Positions 27,579 to 37,882 of a stretch of 64,000 nt of DNA are shown here, piece by piece. Position 1 is the first letter of the stretch; each line of letters begins with the position of its first letter. A model generated the notes under the pieces. That model ran no database searches. It was not told the DNA's origin and saw nothing but the letters and a program-made list of their open reading frames with translations. A program made the translations under genes and the position numbers. Origin of the DNA: Candidatus Heimdallarchaeota archaeon (GTDB lineage Archaea > Asgardarchaeota > Heimdallarchaeia > JABLTI01); the NCBI GenBank assembly GCA_019056785.1, contig DXJV01000059.1, positions 1-64,000 of the forward strand. Direction: 5' to 3'.

Positions 27579-28700
27579 TTAACTTTTTAAATGCTTTCGA
27601 ACATCCCGCGCAATCATTTCGGGTGAAGCGGCTGCAATAGGTTCGCGGTGAAGCAGCTCCATGAAACCTGTGTCGTTGGTATAATTTGGCATTAAAGTTG
27701 GACGACTAATAATCCTCAAATTAAGTCGATAAAATTTTTCGAGGGATTCATTTATTGGCCCACAATAGAGTGCCATATTAACTGCTGTTACTCCTCTACC
27801 ATGATATAATGCCCTAAATACCTGCACAAGCTCCTCTGCTAAAGCACCAACTTCTTCGTCCGAAAATTTTGTTATATCTGTTTTGGGGATTTTGATGATT
27901 CCTGTCAATTCATCTTTTCCAATGGGCGAAAAGGTTGCCGTCCAAGTCATAAAATCATTTTCAGTTATAAAGCGTTGATCTAATTCTTTCTCAGACTCGA
28001 GTAAATCCAACCAGTAATTCCTCCCTTTTGTTTCAGGAGTAGTTGTTGCGTTGTAATAATCCAGGCTTTTTGTAAGGAGCAAATCGGTGAGGTAAGTTGG
28101 TTTGTCATCAAGAATAATTTGAATGTGGGGATGAATAATTGATGAAGCGGAAGGTGGGAGAAAATTGAAGTTTATACTCGGGAATTTCAATTCCGGATTT
28201 AATTTATACACTGCCTTGAAGTATTTTATTGATCCAAGAATTGCATCTCGCCAAATAGCTGGCGAAAAATCTGGCAGGTTCGTAAAATGTTTTGAGCCGA
28301 GGGTAACTACTGCATGATTCTGTGAGAAAACAAATAGATTGGGGAAGACTATAATTTCGCCTATGCTAATTCGTTCTTCAAGAGCCAATTCCTCAGGAAA
28401 TTTAGGCGTGCTTTGTTTTAAAAAATTGGAACAGAAAAAGCATTTCTTGCTGGAAGCCTCAACGATTTTTTGTAAATTTGCTTCAAAATTTTCTCCTGGG
28501 AGTGTGGCTTGTTTCACGCGTTCTGCTCGTAAGGCATTTATTCGGGAAGGGATTTTCAGTAATGGATCGTATCTTCGCTCAATTTTTTGCTGCACAAGCT
28601 TAAATCCTTCCAAAGGGCTTCTAATTGTTGCTATAGCAATATCTTTTTCAAAGAGGATTTTTCCTTTTCCTTTCACGATTTCTTTCTTTGATGCTTCCAT
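27579..28700 (-). CDS. galT: Galactose-1-phosphate uridylyltransferase family (HIT-like)
   Basis: RYDPL, CFFC zinc site, VFPNLF, ASSIIHPHIQ (HxHxQ). Confidence 0.8.
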   Translation of the reverse strand: MEASKKEIVKGKGKILFEKDIAIATIRSPLEGFKLVQQKIERRYDPLLKIPSRINALRAERVKQATLPGENFEANLQKIVEASSKKCFFCSNFLKQSTPKFPEELALEERISIGEIIVFPNLFVFSQNHAVVTLGSKHFTNLPDFSPAIWRDAILGSIKYFKAVYKLNPELKFPSINFNFLPPSASSIIHPHIQIILDDKPTYLTDLLLTKSLDYYNATTTPETKGRNYWLDLLESEKELDQRFITENDFMTWTATFSPIGKDELTGIIKIPKTDITKFSDEEVGALAEELVQVFRALYHGRGVTAVNMALYCGPINESLEKFYRLNLRIISRPTLMPNYTNDTGFMELLHREPIAAASPEMIARDVRKHLKS

Positions 28701-28885
28701 TGTATTATTACGCTCCTTCTTGGTCTGTTTTGTAAACTCCTTGTTCGTTTTAAAAAATCTCTGATGAAGTCAGTCTTTAATAAGGCTCTTTTTCATTAAA
28801 AGCACAAAAAAAGGCGAAAAAAATAAAGTTCGTGAGAAAGTAGTCTATAGCTAAAGTGAATAGTTAAAGCGAATACAACCGCCGG

Positions 28886-29203
28886 TTGACGTTTATGCCT
28901 AAAATGAAAATCGAACGTTCTGAAGCCATTTTGCGGAAAAAGAGGAATACTCGCAAAGGATTGCTAATGCGCAATATTATCTTGAAATTCCTTTATGAAT
29001 ATAAACAGAAGCGTTTTACCATTGCAGAGATTGCTGAGAAGAATGGCTTAACATACTCTGCAGTTTCTTACCACCTCAAAAGTATGCTCGAAGAAAAAGT
29101 CGTCACACGGGAAATCATGGAACGACGTTCTCTCTGGCAAATTACCGGGCTCGGCCAGCAAACGATTAAAAAATGGTTAGAAAAGTCCACCGAGAAAAGC
29201 TGA
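28886..29203 (+). CDS. Winged-helix DNA-binding protein (ArsR-like); start possibly ATG 28895
   Basis: TIAEIAEKNGLTYSAVSYHLKSMLEEKVV HTH and wing. Confidence 0.8.
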   Translation: MTFMPKMKIERSEAILRKKRNTRKGLLMRNIILKFLYEYKQKRFTIAEIAEKNGLTYSAVSYHLKSMLEEKVVTREIMERRSLWQITGLGQQTIKKWLEKSTEKS

Positions 29204-29326
29204 GGTACATTATTTCTCTTCTCGGAACATCTAGTAATCCTTCTACAAATAGCTGGGAATAAATCTTAGAAAACAAAGCATAGATTTTTTAATTACGTTC
29301 ATCCTTAAAAAAATAAGGTCAGAAAA

Positions 29327-30820
29327 ATGAGCGAAGAAGTTAGCTGGTATCCTCGAACCGCAAAAGAACGAAAGAGTTTCTTTTGGCGTTCCTTTCCTAT
29401 GTTTGTTGTTCTAATAGTTTTCCTGTATTTTGGTTTGGATTGGATAGGTGCATTTGAATTTCTCGAGATATTAGTTCGTGACAATTCCAGTTGGCTCTTA
29501 CAAGTCATTTGGGGATATGATTCATCTGATATTGTTGCAGCATATTTCCAACGAGTTGATCAGGACCCCTTAAAACCCGGCAATGTCTTTTTCGGACAAC
29601 CATATTTCCCCGGCATTGACTTAGCTACTTATCCGCGAATTTTATTGATCATTCGTGCTTGTACGGGAATGGAAGCCGGAGCACTATTGATGGCATTGAT
29701 CCTCGTCACACCAGCAAAATGGCAGAAGAAGTTAGGAGCAACAGTCACTAATTTCCTTATGATGCATATTGGCAACACTTTTCGGGTTGCCTTTCATTTT
29801 TGGTATACCCAACACTTATATATAAAATATATTGACTTGGGAATGGCTTCTGATGCGGCAGCTGATAAAGCTTTCTTTTTAGCGCATGACAGCTTGAGTA
29901 AAGTATTCGGTTTTGTTGGTATTGTTATTTTCACCCTTGTAATTGAACGACAAGGAGTCAGGATAGTTTCAACTTTTGGCGCTTGGATTGACTCTTTTGT
30001 TGATTCTATGCAACGAGTGACAAAGAATGTGGAAACAAATGCCTATTATTTCAAAGCGCGAGTTTCGTATGAAGAACTTGCTCAGGCGGATGAAACAATA
30101 CCATCGCGAGTGGAGATAATTGATAAGATTAATTACTACCCGCGGCAAGAAATTGAAAACAACAAATGGAAATTTTTCACAAATACTTTTGTAGTCTTTG
30201 CCTTGATTGCCGGCGGGTTGGCCATTATAGGTTTGATTCCACAAATAAATCAAGGGATTGGAGTATCATCTGATGCCCTTGCGCTAAAGATGGGTGCAAG
30301 ATTTGATGAGCGAACAAAGTTAGGGACTTTTTGGTGGCTCAGTGTTGTTGAAAATGTCAATCAAAGAAATTTCGTGATCTCTATTTTGACTTCCGGTGTT
30401 CTTGTTTTTAGTCTTATGATGGCTGGGATACTTGTCACGCCTGCTTCCTGGAAAAATCGGGGAATAGCAATGGCAATTACTCCTGTAATTATTTTCCCGC
30501 TAAATATACTCCATCTTGGCTTTAATAAGTGGGCAACCTGGAAAGTTGCGAATGGTCCATTTGAAAACAACCGGCCGCTCCTGTATCTTAATCTTGCAGA
30601 CATTGTAAAAGTTTGGATCCCCCTCTTTTTCTGGGTTGGAGTGGTAATATTGCTCTTGTATCTCTATAAAAAATTACAGGTGAACTTTTTCGCGGTGATC
30701 TGGGCTTGGTTGCATCAAATTACTTTCACTTTGGGTTGGCTAATAGGAATTAAAGAACGCCCCGGAGCCAAAAAGAAAGAAGAACAAGCTGAAGTCAGCG
30801 ATGCAAATGCTCGCAAATAA
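29327..30820 (+). CDS. Archaeosortase/exosortase family protein with two tandem domains
   Basis: Domain 1 has the triad RACTG / NTFR / AHD. Domain 2 repeats it (ILVTPASW vs ILVTPAKW) but lacks Cys, Arg and His at those positions. Confidence 0.75.
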   Translation: MSEEVSWYPRTAKERKSFFWRSFPMFVVLIVFLYFGLDWIGAFEFLEILVRDNSSWLLQVIWGYDSSDIVAAYFQRVDQDPLKPGNVFFGQPYFPGIDLATYPRILLIIRACTGMEAGALLMALILVTPAKWQKKLGATVTNFLMMHIGNTFRVAFHFWYTQHLYIKYIDLGMASDAAADKAFFLAHDSLSKVFGFVGIVIFTLVIERQGVRIVSTFGAWIDSFVDSMQRVTKNVETNAYYFKARVSYEELAQADETIPSRVEIIDKINYYPRQEIENNKWKFFTNTFVVFALIAGGLAIIGLIPQINQGIGVSSDALALKMGARFDERTKLGTFWWLSVVENVNQRNFVISILTSGVLVFSLMMAGILVTPASWKNRGIAMAITPVIIFPLNILHLGFNKWATWKVANGPFENNRPLLYLNLADIVKVWIPLFFWVGVVILLLYLYKKLQVNFFAVIWAWLHQITFTLGWLIGIKERPGAKKKEEQAEVSDANARK

Positions 30821-30874
30821 CTTTCTTCCAAAAGTTGTTTCTTTATTTTTCTTCTTGTAAAAAAAGGGGGTATT

Positions 30875-31072
30875 CTAACAAGCCTTTTTTCCGAAGAGAT
30901 GATGCCCTCTCCTACTTTCTGTATTCTCATGATTTTTGCAAAGAAAAAACTCACAATCACGTTTTTTATTGACATTTTTAGTCAAAATGTATTTTTCTTT
31001 CACCAGACAATAATTGTCAACTCTCAAATGCTCACAATTTTCACAACAATTTCGTTGCAACGGACTTAACAT
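30875..31072 (-). CDS. Small Cys-rich putative metal-binding protein
   Basis: CCENCEH...YC...C.FFLC in 65 aa. Fills the gap downstream of 31115-31954 on the same strand. Confidence 0.45.
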   Translation of the reverse strand: MLSPLQRNCCENCEHLRVDNYCLVKEKYILTKNVNKKRDCEFFLCKNHENTESRRGHHLFGKKAC

Positions 31073-31114
31073 AAAAAAACATTACTAGTTGATTATTAAA
31101 ACCCCAACAGAAAA

Positions 31115-31954
31115 TTAACTTGGTTTTGGGAAAGCTTCCTGTGTTTTTTTAAGGCTCAGCTTTGCCATGGTCATTTTTAGATGTGCATTAAACGCTCTTT
31201 GCCAGAGAAAGTCAAGAACGAAGTTTATTGAAGTAAAGAGAATAACAATGGCCAAAATGCTCCAAAATAGGGGTGGGATGGCCTCACGAATATTAATGCC
31301 AGTAGCAAAACCGACAATAGTTGGGATTAATGCTAAGAGATGAGAGGAGATAAGAGGGAGCATATACCAAATTGGTCGTGGAACTTTGTAGGGGGCAGTC
31401 TCTTTTTTTTGCTCTTTCAAATGGTCATAAAGACTCGCGTACTTTTTGTAATAGATCCACCAGAGGATGGGAATGAAGCCAAAGCAAATAGCAACAAGAA
31501 AGATCATCATCGTTTGAGAAGTATTAACATTAATTGGTTCAGCACGTGAGTCAAGAGGATAATAAGAATGTCGTTCTAAATCCTCAATATTGATAAATAA
31601 ATAGATGAGAAAAATAATTCCCACAGTTCCGACACCTAATAAGAACCAAAGCCAGTAGCGACGTTCGGGAACAATTTCAAGGTCGACAGTCTGTTCTTGT
31701 AAAACTGTTTCTTCTGCTTTCTCGAGTTCCTCAATTGTTGGTGTGTGTAAAATAATCTCTTCTTCTCCCTCTGGTTCTGTTGTTATACCACTTGTCTTTG
31801 TTTTTGATTCTGGTTGCTGGAAAATCTCTTGGTGCTCAGAAACCTCTGGCTCGGGCATTTGAGGAAGGGTTGTCAGAGGTATTTTTGCATGACAAAAAGG
31901 GCAAACAGTAAGCCCGTCGTCAACTGAGGAGCCGCAATTCGGACAAAGAGGCAT
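31115..31954 (-). CDS. Zinc-ribbon plus DUF4234-like membrane protein
   Basis: CPNCG...CPFCH N-terminus, acidic linker, four TM segments (WLWFLLGVGTVGIIFLIY...; FLWQRAFN). Confidence 0.7.
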   Translation of the reverse strand: MPLCPNCGSSVDDGLTVCPFCHAKIPLTTLPQMPEPEVSEHQEIFQQPESKTKTSGITTEPEGEEEIILHTPTIEELEKAEETVLQEQTVDLEIVPERRYWLWFLLGVGTVGIIFLIYLFINIEDLERHSYYPLDSRAEPINVNTSQTMMIFLVAICFGFIPILWWIYYKKYASLYDHLKEQKKETAPYKVPRPIWYMLPLISSHLLALIPTIVGFATGINIREAIPPLFWSILAIVILFTSINFVLDFLWQRAFNAHLKMTMAKLSLKKTQEAFPKPS

Positions 31955-32104
31955 TTTCTATCACGTTTGTTTATTCTTAGCCATTTTTGAAGCCTTTCAT
32001 TCTTACTTATTAAACCTTTACAAATTACTGAATACAAGGATGCTTTTTGAGGATTTTTATCTCTTTTTAACTTCTTTAAAAACAAATGGTAAACTTACCA
32101 GATT

Positions 32105-33652
32105 TCATTCTTTTGCAATTTTCCGGACAAAAAGGATTGCCTTTGTGAAAAAGAAACCTAAAACGAGTAGAATTGCTATCGCAAAGCCAAAGCGCGTGAG
32201 CGCTTTCCGTTTTGGCGGGAAACTTCGTGGGTTCAATGGATCAGTAGAGGCAAAGTACTCTTCAGCATCCGTGTAACCATCAGCGTCTGTATCATTATTT
32301 TCTGGGTTTGTTCCGATTTTCTCCTCAAAGAAATTACAAAGACTGTCTCGATCATTGTCTAAAGAAAAAGTAAGAATAAGCCTTTTTAGGAAAAAATCAT
32401 ATCTATAGTTAAAGAAGCCTGTGGTCACAATTTCCTCATTTATCGAATAGTCGATGGCCAAGAGTTCCATAGAAAAATAGCCGCTAGTGGTTCGATACCA
32501 GATAGGTTCTAAAGAAGAATTGAAATAGGCTAGAAAGGGCCCGTCAAAAGCGCCACCAATATTTTCAGTTTGACCAATTACATAGAATTCATTTGCATGA
32601 ATTGAAGAAAGCCCCTGGACATCTTCATCTATATCGAATTTTCCCCACACTCTTTCAGTGAGAATTTCGCCATCCAAGTTAAGAGAAAAAATGCGAACAT
32701 CTTTAAAAATTCCATTTCCATTGTTTTCAAGACAATCACCAACAAGAATGAGCTGTTCTTTCTCGAGGTTAATACCCATGTCCTTAATTGTTGTTTGTTC
32801 TTCTCGTGTGTATTGTTTTTTCCAGAGGATAGTACCGTTCTGCAAAAGTCGTTGAATAACCAAATCGGTTCTTTTCTGATTAGCTTTAGATATCTGATTA
32901 AAAAAGAGAAATAAGTCGCCTGTTAACGGTTCTAGAACAATGCGGGGATAACTATCAATTGAGGGCGACAAAAATGCTTTTTGCCAAAGAATGGCCCCAG
33001 TAGAGCTGTTTATACAATAAAGTAAAGTGTTATCAGCAGAATTTTGGTTAGTTGGATCAGTTTGTAAAGCCGTTAAATATAATTTGCCTTTTGAGTAGAG
33101 TATTCTTTCACCTTGTTCTGCCAAGCTGGGGGTTCCTATTGTTGTGTTCCACAAAAATTCTTTTGAAGTATAGTTAAAACTAAATAAGAAAATATCCCAA
33201 TCATTAGAACTATTGAATGTTCCACCCACTGCAAATAATAATTGTTGTTGTTCATCAAGCACCAAGTTGTTTGCAGTGGTTGGTTCATCTTGTTGATAAA
33301 CCTCAAGCCAAGCCAATTTTCCTGAGTCATTAACCATGCCAATAAAGAAATCAGTTTGCGTGAAAAACTCGGTTTGAAGATTTCCGACAAAAAAGAACTC
33401 CCCATTTGAACCGGCTTTTATACTCATTCCTTTTGCTATGTAACCTGTTTCCCGCCAAAGAGTATAGTAACCAAGTAGATTGTCTAACGCTCGGGTGGTC
33501 TGCGGAAAAAGTTGGCTGGTTTCAATGGCTTTTGATTGTTGAGTTTTCGTTAAAATTACAGTCGAGAAAAGGGGGAAAAGGAACAAAACTAATAACAAAA
33601 GTAATTTTACACTAGTAGGGACTCTGGAGAAAGGAAAATGGTTCTTGTTCAA
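32105..33652 (-). CDS. Secreted/surface beta-propeller protein with Ca-binding TSP3-like repeats and a C-terminal TM anchor
   Basis: Signal peptide. Repeated blades ending in G...W (SGKLAW, TGAILWQK, NGTILWKK). DNDRDSL, NDTDADGYTDAEE, TDPLN. Hydrophobic tail followed by basic residues. Confidence 0.75.
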   Translation of the reverse strand: MNKNHFPFSRVPTSVKLLLLLVLFLFPLFSTVILTKTQQSKAIETSQLFPQTTRALDNLLGYYTLWRETGYIAKGMSIKAGSNGEFFFVGNLQTEFFTQTDFFIGMVNDSGKLAWLEVYQQDEPTTANNLVLDEQQQLLFAVGGTFNSSNDWDIFLFSFNYTSKEFLWNTTIGTPSLAEQGERILYSKGKLYLTALQTDPTNQNSADNTLLYCINSSTGAILWQKAFLSPSIDSYPRIVLEPLTGDLFLFFNQISKANQKRTDLVIQRLLQNGTILWKKQYTREEQTTIKDMGINLEKEQLILVGDCLENNGNGIFKDVRIFSLNLDGEILTERVWGKFDIDEDVQGLSSIHANEFYVIGQTENIGGAFDGPFLAYFNSSLEPIWYRTTSGYFSMELLAIDYSINEEIVTTGFFNYRYDFFLKRLILTFSLDNDRDSLCNFFEEKIGTNPENNDTDADGYTDAEEYFASTDPLNPRSFPPKRKALTRFGFAIAILLVLGFFFTKAILFVRKIAKE

Positions 33653-33807
33653 AAAAGCTCACCAAACAACTATATCAAATGCGATTTTTCCCTCTTAAAT
33701 TTATTTATTCCAAACCACGTATTTATATAGGAGAAAGTTAAGGTTAATACCAAAATAGTGTAATTTAAGTACTAAAAGGGTAATTATAATATATTCTTAT
33801 CATTATA

Positions 33808-34341
33808 ATGAAAAGAAAATTATTAGCTTTCAAAAAGAACTTTGTAGGAATGGCACTTATGAGCGGACCAGATAAGAAAAAATTAGATAAAATGATTTGG
33901 CAATTACGAGAGGGCTGGGGGGAAAGTACTCGTATTGAAGCCGCTAGAGATCTGGGATGGATAGGTACTGAAGCCGCTGAAGAAGCTGTCCCGGAATTAA
34001 TTAAAGCGCTATTAGAGGATAAAAGTGAGAACGTTCGAGTGGAAGCTGCAATTTCACTCCAATGGATCGGTTCGAAAGCATCTAAAGCAGTGCCTGCGTT
34101 AGTGAAAGCATTATTAAATGACCAGAGCGAAAAAGTTCGTGAACGGGCTGCAATTGTCCTTTCCGGCATGGGAAAATCTGTTCTAAAAGCTGTCCCTGAT
34201 CTTTACAAAGCAAGCAATGAGGATAAAAGTGTGCAAGTGCGAGAAGCGGCGATGAATACGCTTGAAAAAGTTGCACCAATCTGTGGGTTTCCTACTATCG
34301 AAGAGATGGTAAAAGCAAACAACGCCTCGAAAAAGAAATAG
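33808..34341 (+). CDS. HEAT-repeat (PBS-lyase-like) protein; true start may be 33850 or 33859
   Basis: Repeats AVPELIKALLEDKSENVRVEAA / AVPALVKALLNDQSEKVRERAA / AVPDLYKASNEDKSVQVREAA. Confidence 0.88.
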   Translation: MKRKLLAFKKNFVGMALMSGPDKKKLDKMIWQLREGWGESTRIEAARDLGWIGTEAAEEAVPELIKALLEDKSENVRVEAAISLQWIGSKASKAVPALVKALLNDQSEKVRERAAIVLSGMGKSVLKAVPDLYKASNEDKSVQVREAAMNTLEKVAPICGFPTIEEMVKANNASKKK

Positions 34342-34373
34342 CCGCTGGTAAAAAAAGCAGCATTAAAAGCTTT

Positions 34374-34477
34374 TTCTTTTCAAGTTTATATCTAAAAGGA
34401 TTAAAGAAGAAAAAGCGAATTATTCTTTTCAAGTTTATATCCAAAAGGATTAAAGAAGAAAAAGCGAATTATTCTTT
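34374..34477 (+). repeat. Tandem duplication of a 49-bp unit containing a TATA-like box, directly upstream of the S9 peptidase start
   Basis: CAAGTTTATATC(T/C)AAAAGGATTAAAGAAGAAAAAGCGAATTATTCTTT starts at 34381 and again at 34430, with one internal mismatch. Confidence 0.92.
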
Positions 34478-36658
34478 ATGAATCCCACAGAAAAACCTGC
34501 GAAAGAAAAGTGTGTTATAACTTTTAACGATTTGTATAATTTAAAGCAGATAACGCAAGTAACAATTCGCCCTAGAAGCGAAGAGATATATTTCGTTATT
34601 AATCAAGCAAATAAGCAAGATAATGATTATCGAGAAACTATCTGGCGTGTGAAAGATCAAGTCCAACAGTTTTCACAAGGACTTGGACGGGACAGTGCTC
34701 TAAAATGGTCACCAAATGGTAGCCAGCTTGCCTTCCTATCGATCCGAATTTCTCCCAAAGCCCTCAATAAAAAAGAGAATAAACAACCACCAAAACCACA
34801 GATCTATCTAATAGCCGCTGATGGAGGTGAAGGGCTCGCCTTAACGTCTATGCCTAATGGTGTGCTCCAGAATTTCGAGTGGAGTCGAGATAGTACAAAA
34901 ATAGTTTTCATTTCAAAGATGAATAAAGAAGAGCTATTTGGTCCGGCTGAAGAAGAATTGAAAACACTTGATCCTGATACGGCTATGCTCTTAGAGATGA
35001 AGAAGAAAAAAGCAGAAGAAAAAAAAGTCGAGCCACGAATCATTACTCGTGAGGTCTATCGAACGGGAACATCCTTCCTTGACGATCGAAAAGGACAAAT
35101 CCATGTCGCCGATGTTTCCACTAAAAAAGTTGAACGTTGGACAAACTCACTGGAAGATGACTATACTGTTGCCTTTCTACTTCCTGATAATTCAGCAGTG
35201 ATTACAAGCCGGCAAAAACCAGGTGAGGGTGATGAAACTCGCAATTGGGAATTTGTTAAGATAACTCCAGATGGTACTCTTGAAGTCATTGTGGAGGACC
35301 ATTACAATTGGGGTGGTTATTTCCAACTCTCACCAGATGGGGAGTATATTGCTACAACTATGGGAAAGCGAGAGTTGGGAACGCTGGGACAGACAAGTTT
35401 AGTGATTTATGAGGTCACAACCGGAAAAAGACATATTCTCGCTGAAGAAATCGATAATGAGAAAGTGTTTTTGAAATGGTCAGAAGATAGCAATTATCTC
35501 TACTTTGTTGTCATGGAAAAAGGTACGTCAGCAATCTGGCGAGTGGAAATCGCCACACGAAAAGTCGAGAAAATCATCAATGGCGATAAAATAATTTTCG
35601 GCTATGACATCTCAACAGATAACAGCTGGTTGGCTTACCAATCCTTCTATGTGAATGACCCCTCTCAATTGTACAAATATGCGATTTCCAGTGGTGAAGA
35701 AGAACTTGTCTACGCTCCGAACAAGGAATTTTTATCGGCAAAGAAACTCGGAAAAACAGAAGAGATTTGGTATGATGGTTTTAATAATGACTTTAAAATA
35801 CAGGGCTGGATTCTCACGCCCCCAGATTTCGATCCAGAGAAGAAATATCCTCTTGCTTTAAATATGCATGGTGGTCCACATGTTATGTGGACTTGCCACC
35901 AAAGCATCCCAATGTTCCATGAGTTTCAGCTGCTTGCTGCAAATGGTTATGTTGTCTTCTATTGCAACCCTCGTGGAAGCAATGGTTATGGACAGAAATT
36001 TTATCAAGCATGTGAAAAACACTGGGGCGACCCTGACTCTGTTGACATTCTTAACGGTGTGGAGTTAGTTGTAAATAAAGGGTTTATAGATGAGAAACGG
36101 ATGACCATTACCGGTGGTTCCTATGCTGGCTTCTTAACAGCATGGATGATCGGACATGACAATCGTTTTGCTTGTGCAGTATCTCAAAGGGGTGTTTATT
36201 TCCTTTCGGGTTTCTGGGCATCAACAGATGCTGCTCGTGTTTTAATAGATGACGAATTTGGCACTACCCCGCTGGATGACCATCTCTTTCTCTGGGAGCG
36301 TTCTCCTGCTGCTTATGCAAAAAATATCAAAACACCTTTGAGAATCATTCATAGTGAACTAGACTTTCGAGTCCCAATCTCGGATGCAGAAATGCTTTAC
36401 ACTGCTCTGAAACGCGAGCAACCAAAATTGGATGTGGAATTTGTTCGTTATCCAAAAGAAGGGCATGAGCTCTCACGTTCAGGGCAACCAACACGACGGA
36501 TCGACCGCCTGGAAAAAATCGTTGAATGGTTTGATAAATATTGTCAACCCAAGAAGTACAAACAAGAATTGGCTCTCAAGGAAAAAATAGAAAAAATAAA
36601 AGAACAAACATTGAAAAAAATGTCGGAAAAGATTAAAAACTTGCAAAAAAAGTCTTAA
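34478..36658 (+). CDS. S9 family (acylaminoacyl/prolyl oligo-) peptidase
   Basis: Propeller repeats (WSPNG, WSRD, LSPDG), HGGP, NPRGSNGYG, GGSYAG nucleophile, DFRVP, EGH. Confidence 0.93.
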   Translation: MNPTEKPAKEKCVITFNDLYNLKQITQVTIRPRSEEIYFVINQANKQDNDYRETIWRVKDQVQQFSQGLGRDSALKWSPNGSQLAFLSIRISPKALNKKENKQPPKPQIYLIAADGGEGLALTSMPNGVLQNFEWSRDSTKIVFISKMNKEELFGPAEEELKTLDPDTAMLLEMKKKKAEEKKVEPRIITREVYRTGTSFLDDRKGQIHVADVSTKKVERWTNSLEDDYTVAFLLPDNSAVITSRQKPGEGDETRNWEFVKITPDGTLEVIVEDHYNWGGYFQLSPDGEYIATTMGKRELGTLGQTSLVIYEVTTGKRHILAEEIDNEKVFLKWSEDSNYLYFVVMEKGTSAIWRVEIATRKVEKIINGDKIIFGYDISTDNSWLAYQSFYVNDPSQLYKYAISSGEEELVYAPNKEFLSAKKLGKTEEIWYDGFNNDFKIQGWILTPPDFDPEKKYPLALNMHGGPHVMWTCHQSIPMFHEFQLLAANGYVVFYCNPRGSNGYGQKFYQACEKHWGDPDSVDILNGVELVVNKGFIDEKRMTITGGSYAGFLTAWMIGHDNRFACAVSQRGVYFLSGFWASTDAARVLIDDEFGTTPLDDHLFLWERSPAAYAKNIKTPLRIIHSELDFRVPISDAEMLYTALKREQPKLDVEFVRYPKEGHELSRSGQPTRRIDRLEKIVEWFDKYCQPKKYKQELALKEKIEKIKEQTLKKMSEKIKNLQKKS

Positions 36659-36676
36659 TCTTTTTCTCAAACTTTT

Positions 36677-37882
36677 TTATTTATTTTTAGGTTCTAAACG
36701 TTCATAGCCATGTTGTTCTCGAATGAAGTCCCAATGTTCATTAACTTTCCTGATAATGTCATCTGAGATTTCGTGCACATTTGGTTTGTACGTTTCTTGT
36801 GATTTAATATAGCGAACAAAGGCATCTTTTGCTTCGTCAAAGCCATCAATGTCAAGCTCAGTATAGATGCGTTTGAGCTGAGTTAATGGATCCTTAATGA
36901 AATCTTCGTACTTGATATCAATTATCCGGTCTTTTGGAATCAATTTTCGCGTCTCATTAAACCGTTCGTACATTTCTCGAACATTATCAAGAATGCCTTG
37001 TTGTAATTCATCATCATCCCAGGTTTGGACTGCATAAATAGCAAACACTTCTCTAAAGAAACGTAAGGTAGAAGCATACATATTATAGGGATTACGATAA
37101 GTATGAACAAATTTTGCATTGGGGTACATTTTCAGTAGAAGTGGTATTCGATAAGTGTTTGCGGGGTTTTTCAAAATAAGCATTTTTCCATTATACTTCA
37201 AGGTCATTTTTTTCACGAAGAATTCGTATGTTTTACGCCACTTCTTAACATCGCGTTCCTTACAATCACCAATGGCGTTATAACTTGAGTAGAGTTTAAA
37301 ATTGCGGGGGAAGATGAAGCCATTGTAAAAACCATATTTGCTCATAGCACCAATGGCATATTCTTCTTCGGTTGGTTCCTCACTCCCCATTAAAACTTCA
37401 TCCATGGGTCTTTTCTCCGGAAGAGACATATCTATGAGCTTTTTCGTTATTTTTTCAAAAGTAAGGAAAAAGTGGGGTGCATAGGCTTCAAGGTTCGAAA
37501 CGTAACCTTTGTTCTTGTCTTTTGTAAGTAAAGACATCAGATAGGTTGTCCCCGTTCGATAATGTCCAACTACAAACAAGGGATCGGTTTTAACCTCAGT
37601 TTTCTTAATCTTCCGAGTTTTTGTTAACCACTCAATAGCGCGTAATGGCCAGGTAATTGCACAAAGCCAATAAGCGTAAGTAAAACGCAACCAATATTTC
37701 GGGTGAACTCGAAACTTATTTTGCCAGAGAAGTCGCCAAATGTTTATTAGCGTCATGCCACCAAGTGGCTCTTCTTTTACGATAAGATGAGTGCGATCTT
37801 TCTTTTTCTTTTCGCCTTTAATTTTCTTCTGTTTCGTCAATTGATGAATCCTCCTTAGGTAATTGAGGAAAAGATTTGCCAA
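36677..37882 (-). CDS. PAPS-dependent sulfotransferase (Sulfotransfer_3 / Stf3-like)
   Basis: 5'-PSB VGHYRTGTTYL, RPMD, LKNPANTYR, 3'-PB RNPYNMYAS, YEDFIKDP. Confidence 0.88.
   Translation of the reverse strand: MANLFLNYLRRIHQLTKQKKIKGEKKKKDRTHLIVKEEPLGGMTLINIWRLLWQNKFRVHPKYWLRFTYAYWLCAITWPLRAIEWLTKTRKIKKTEVKTDPLFVVGHYRTGTTYLMSLLTKDKNKGYVSNLEAYAPHFFLTFEKITKKLIDMSLPEKRPMDEVLMGSEEPTEEEYAIGAMSKYGFYNGFIFPRNFKLYSSYNAIGDCKERDVKKWRKTYEFFVKKMTLKYNGKMLILKNPANTYRIPLLLKMYPNAKFVHTYRNPYNMYASTLRFFREVFAIYAVQTWDDDELQQGILDNVREMYERFNETRKLIPKDRIIDIKYEDFIKDPLTQLKRIYTELDIDGFDEAKDAFVRYIKSQETYKPNVHEISDDIIRKVNEHWDFIREQHGYERLEPKNK

Noticed and set aside
34374-34477. Possible mini-CRISPR
   Set aside because: The two units are directly adjacent with no spacer, and no cas genes are present.
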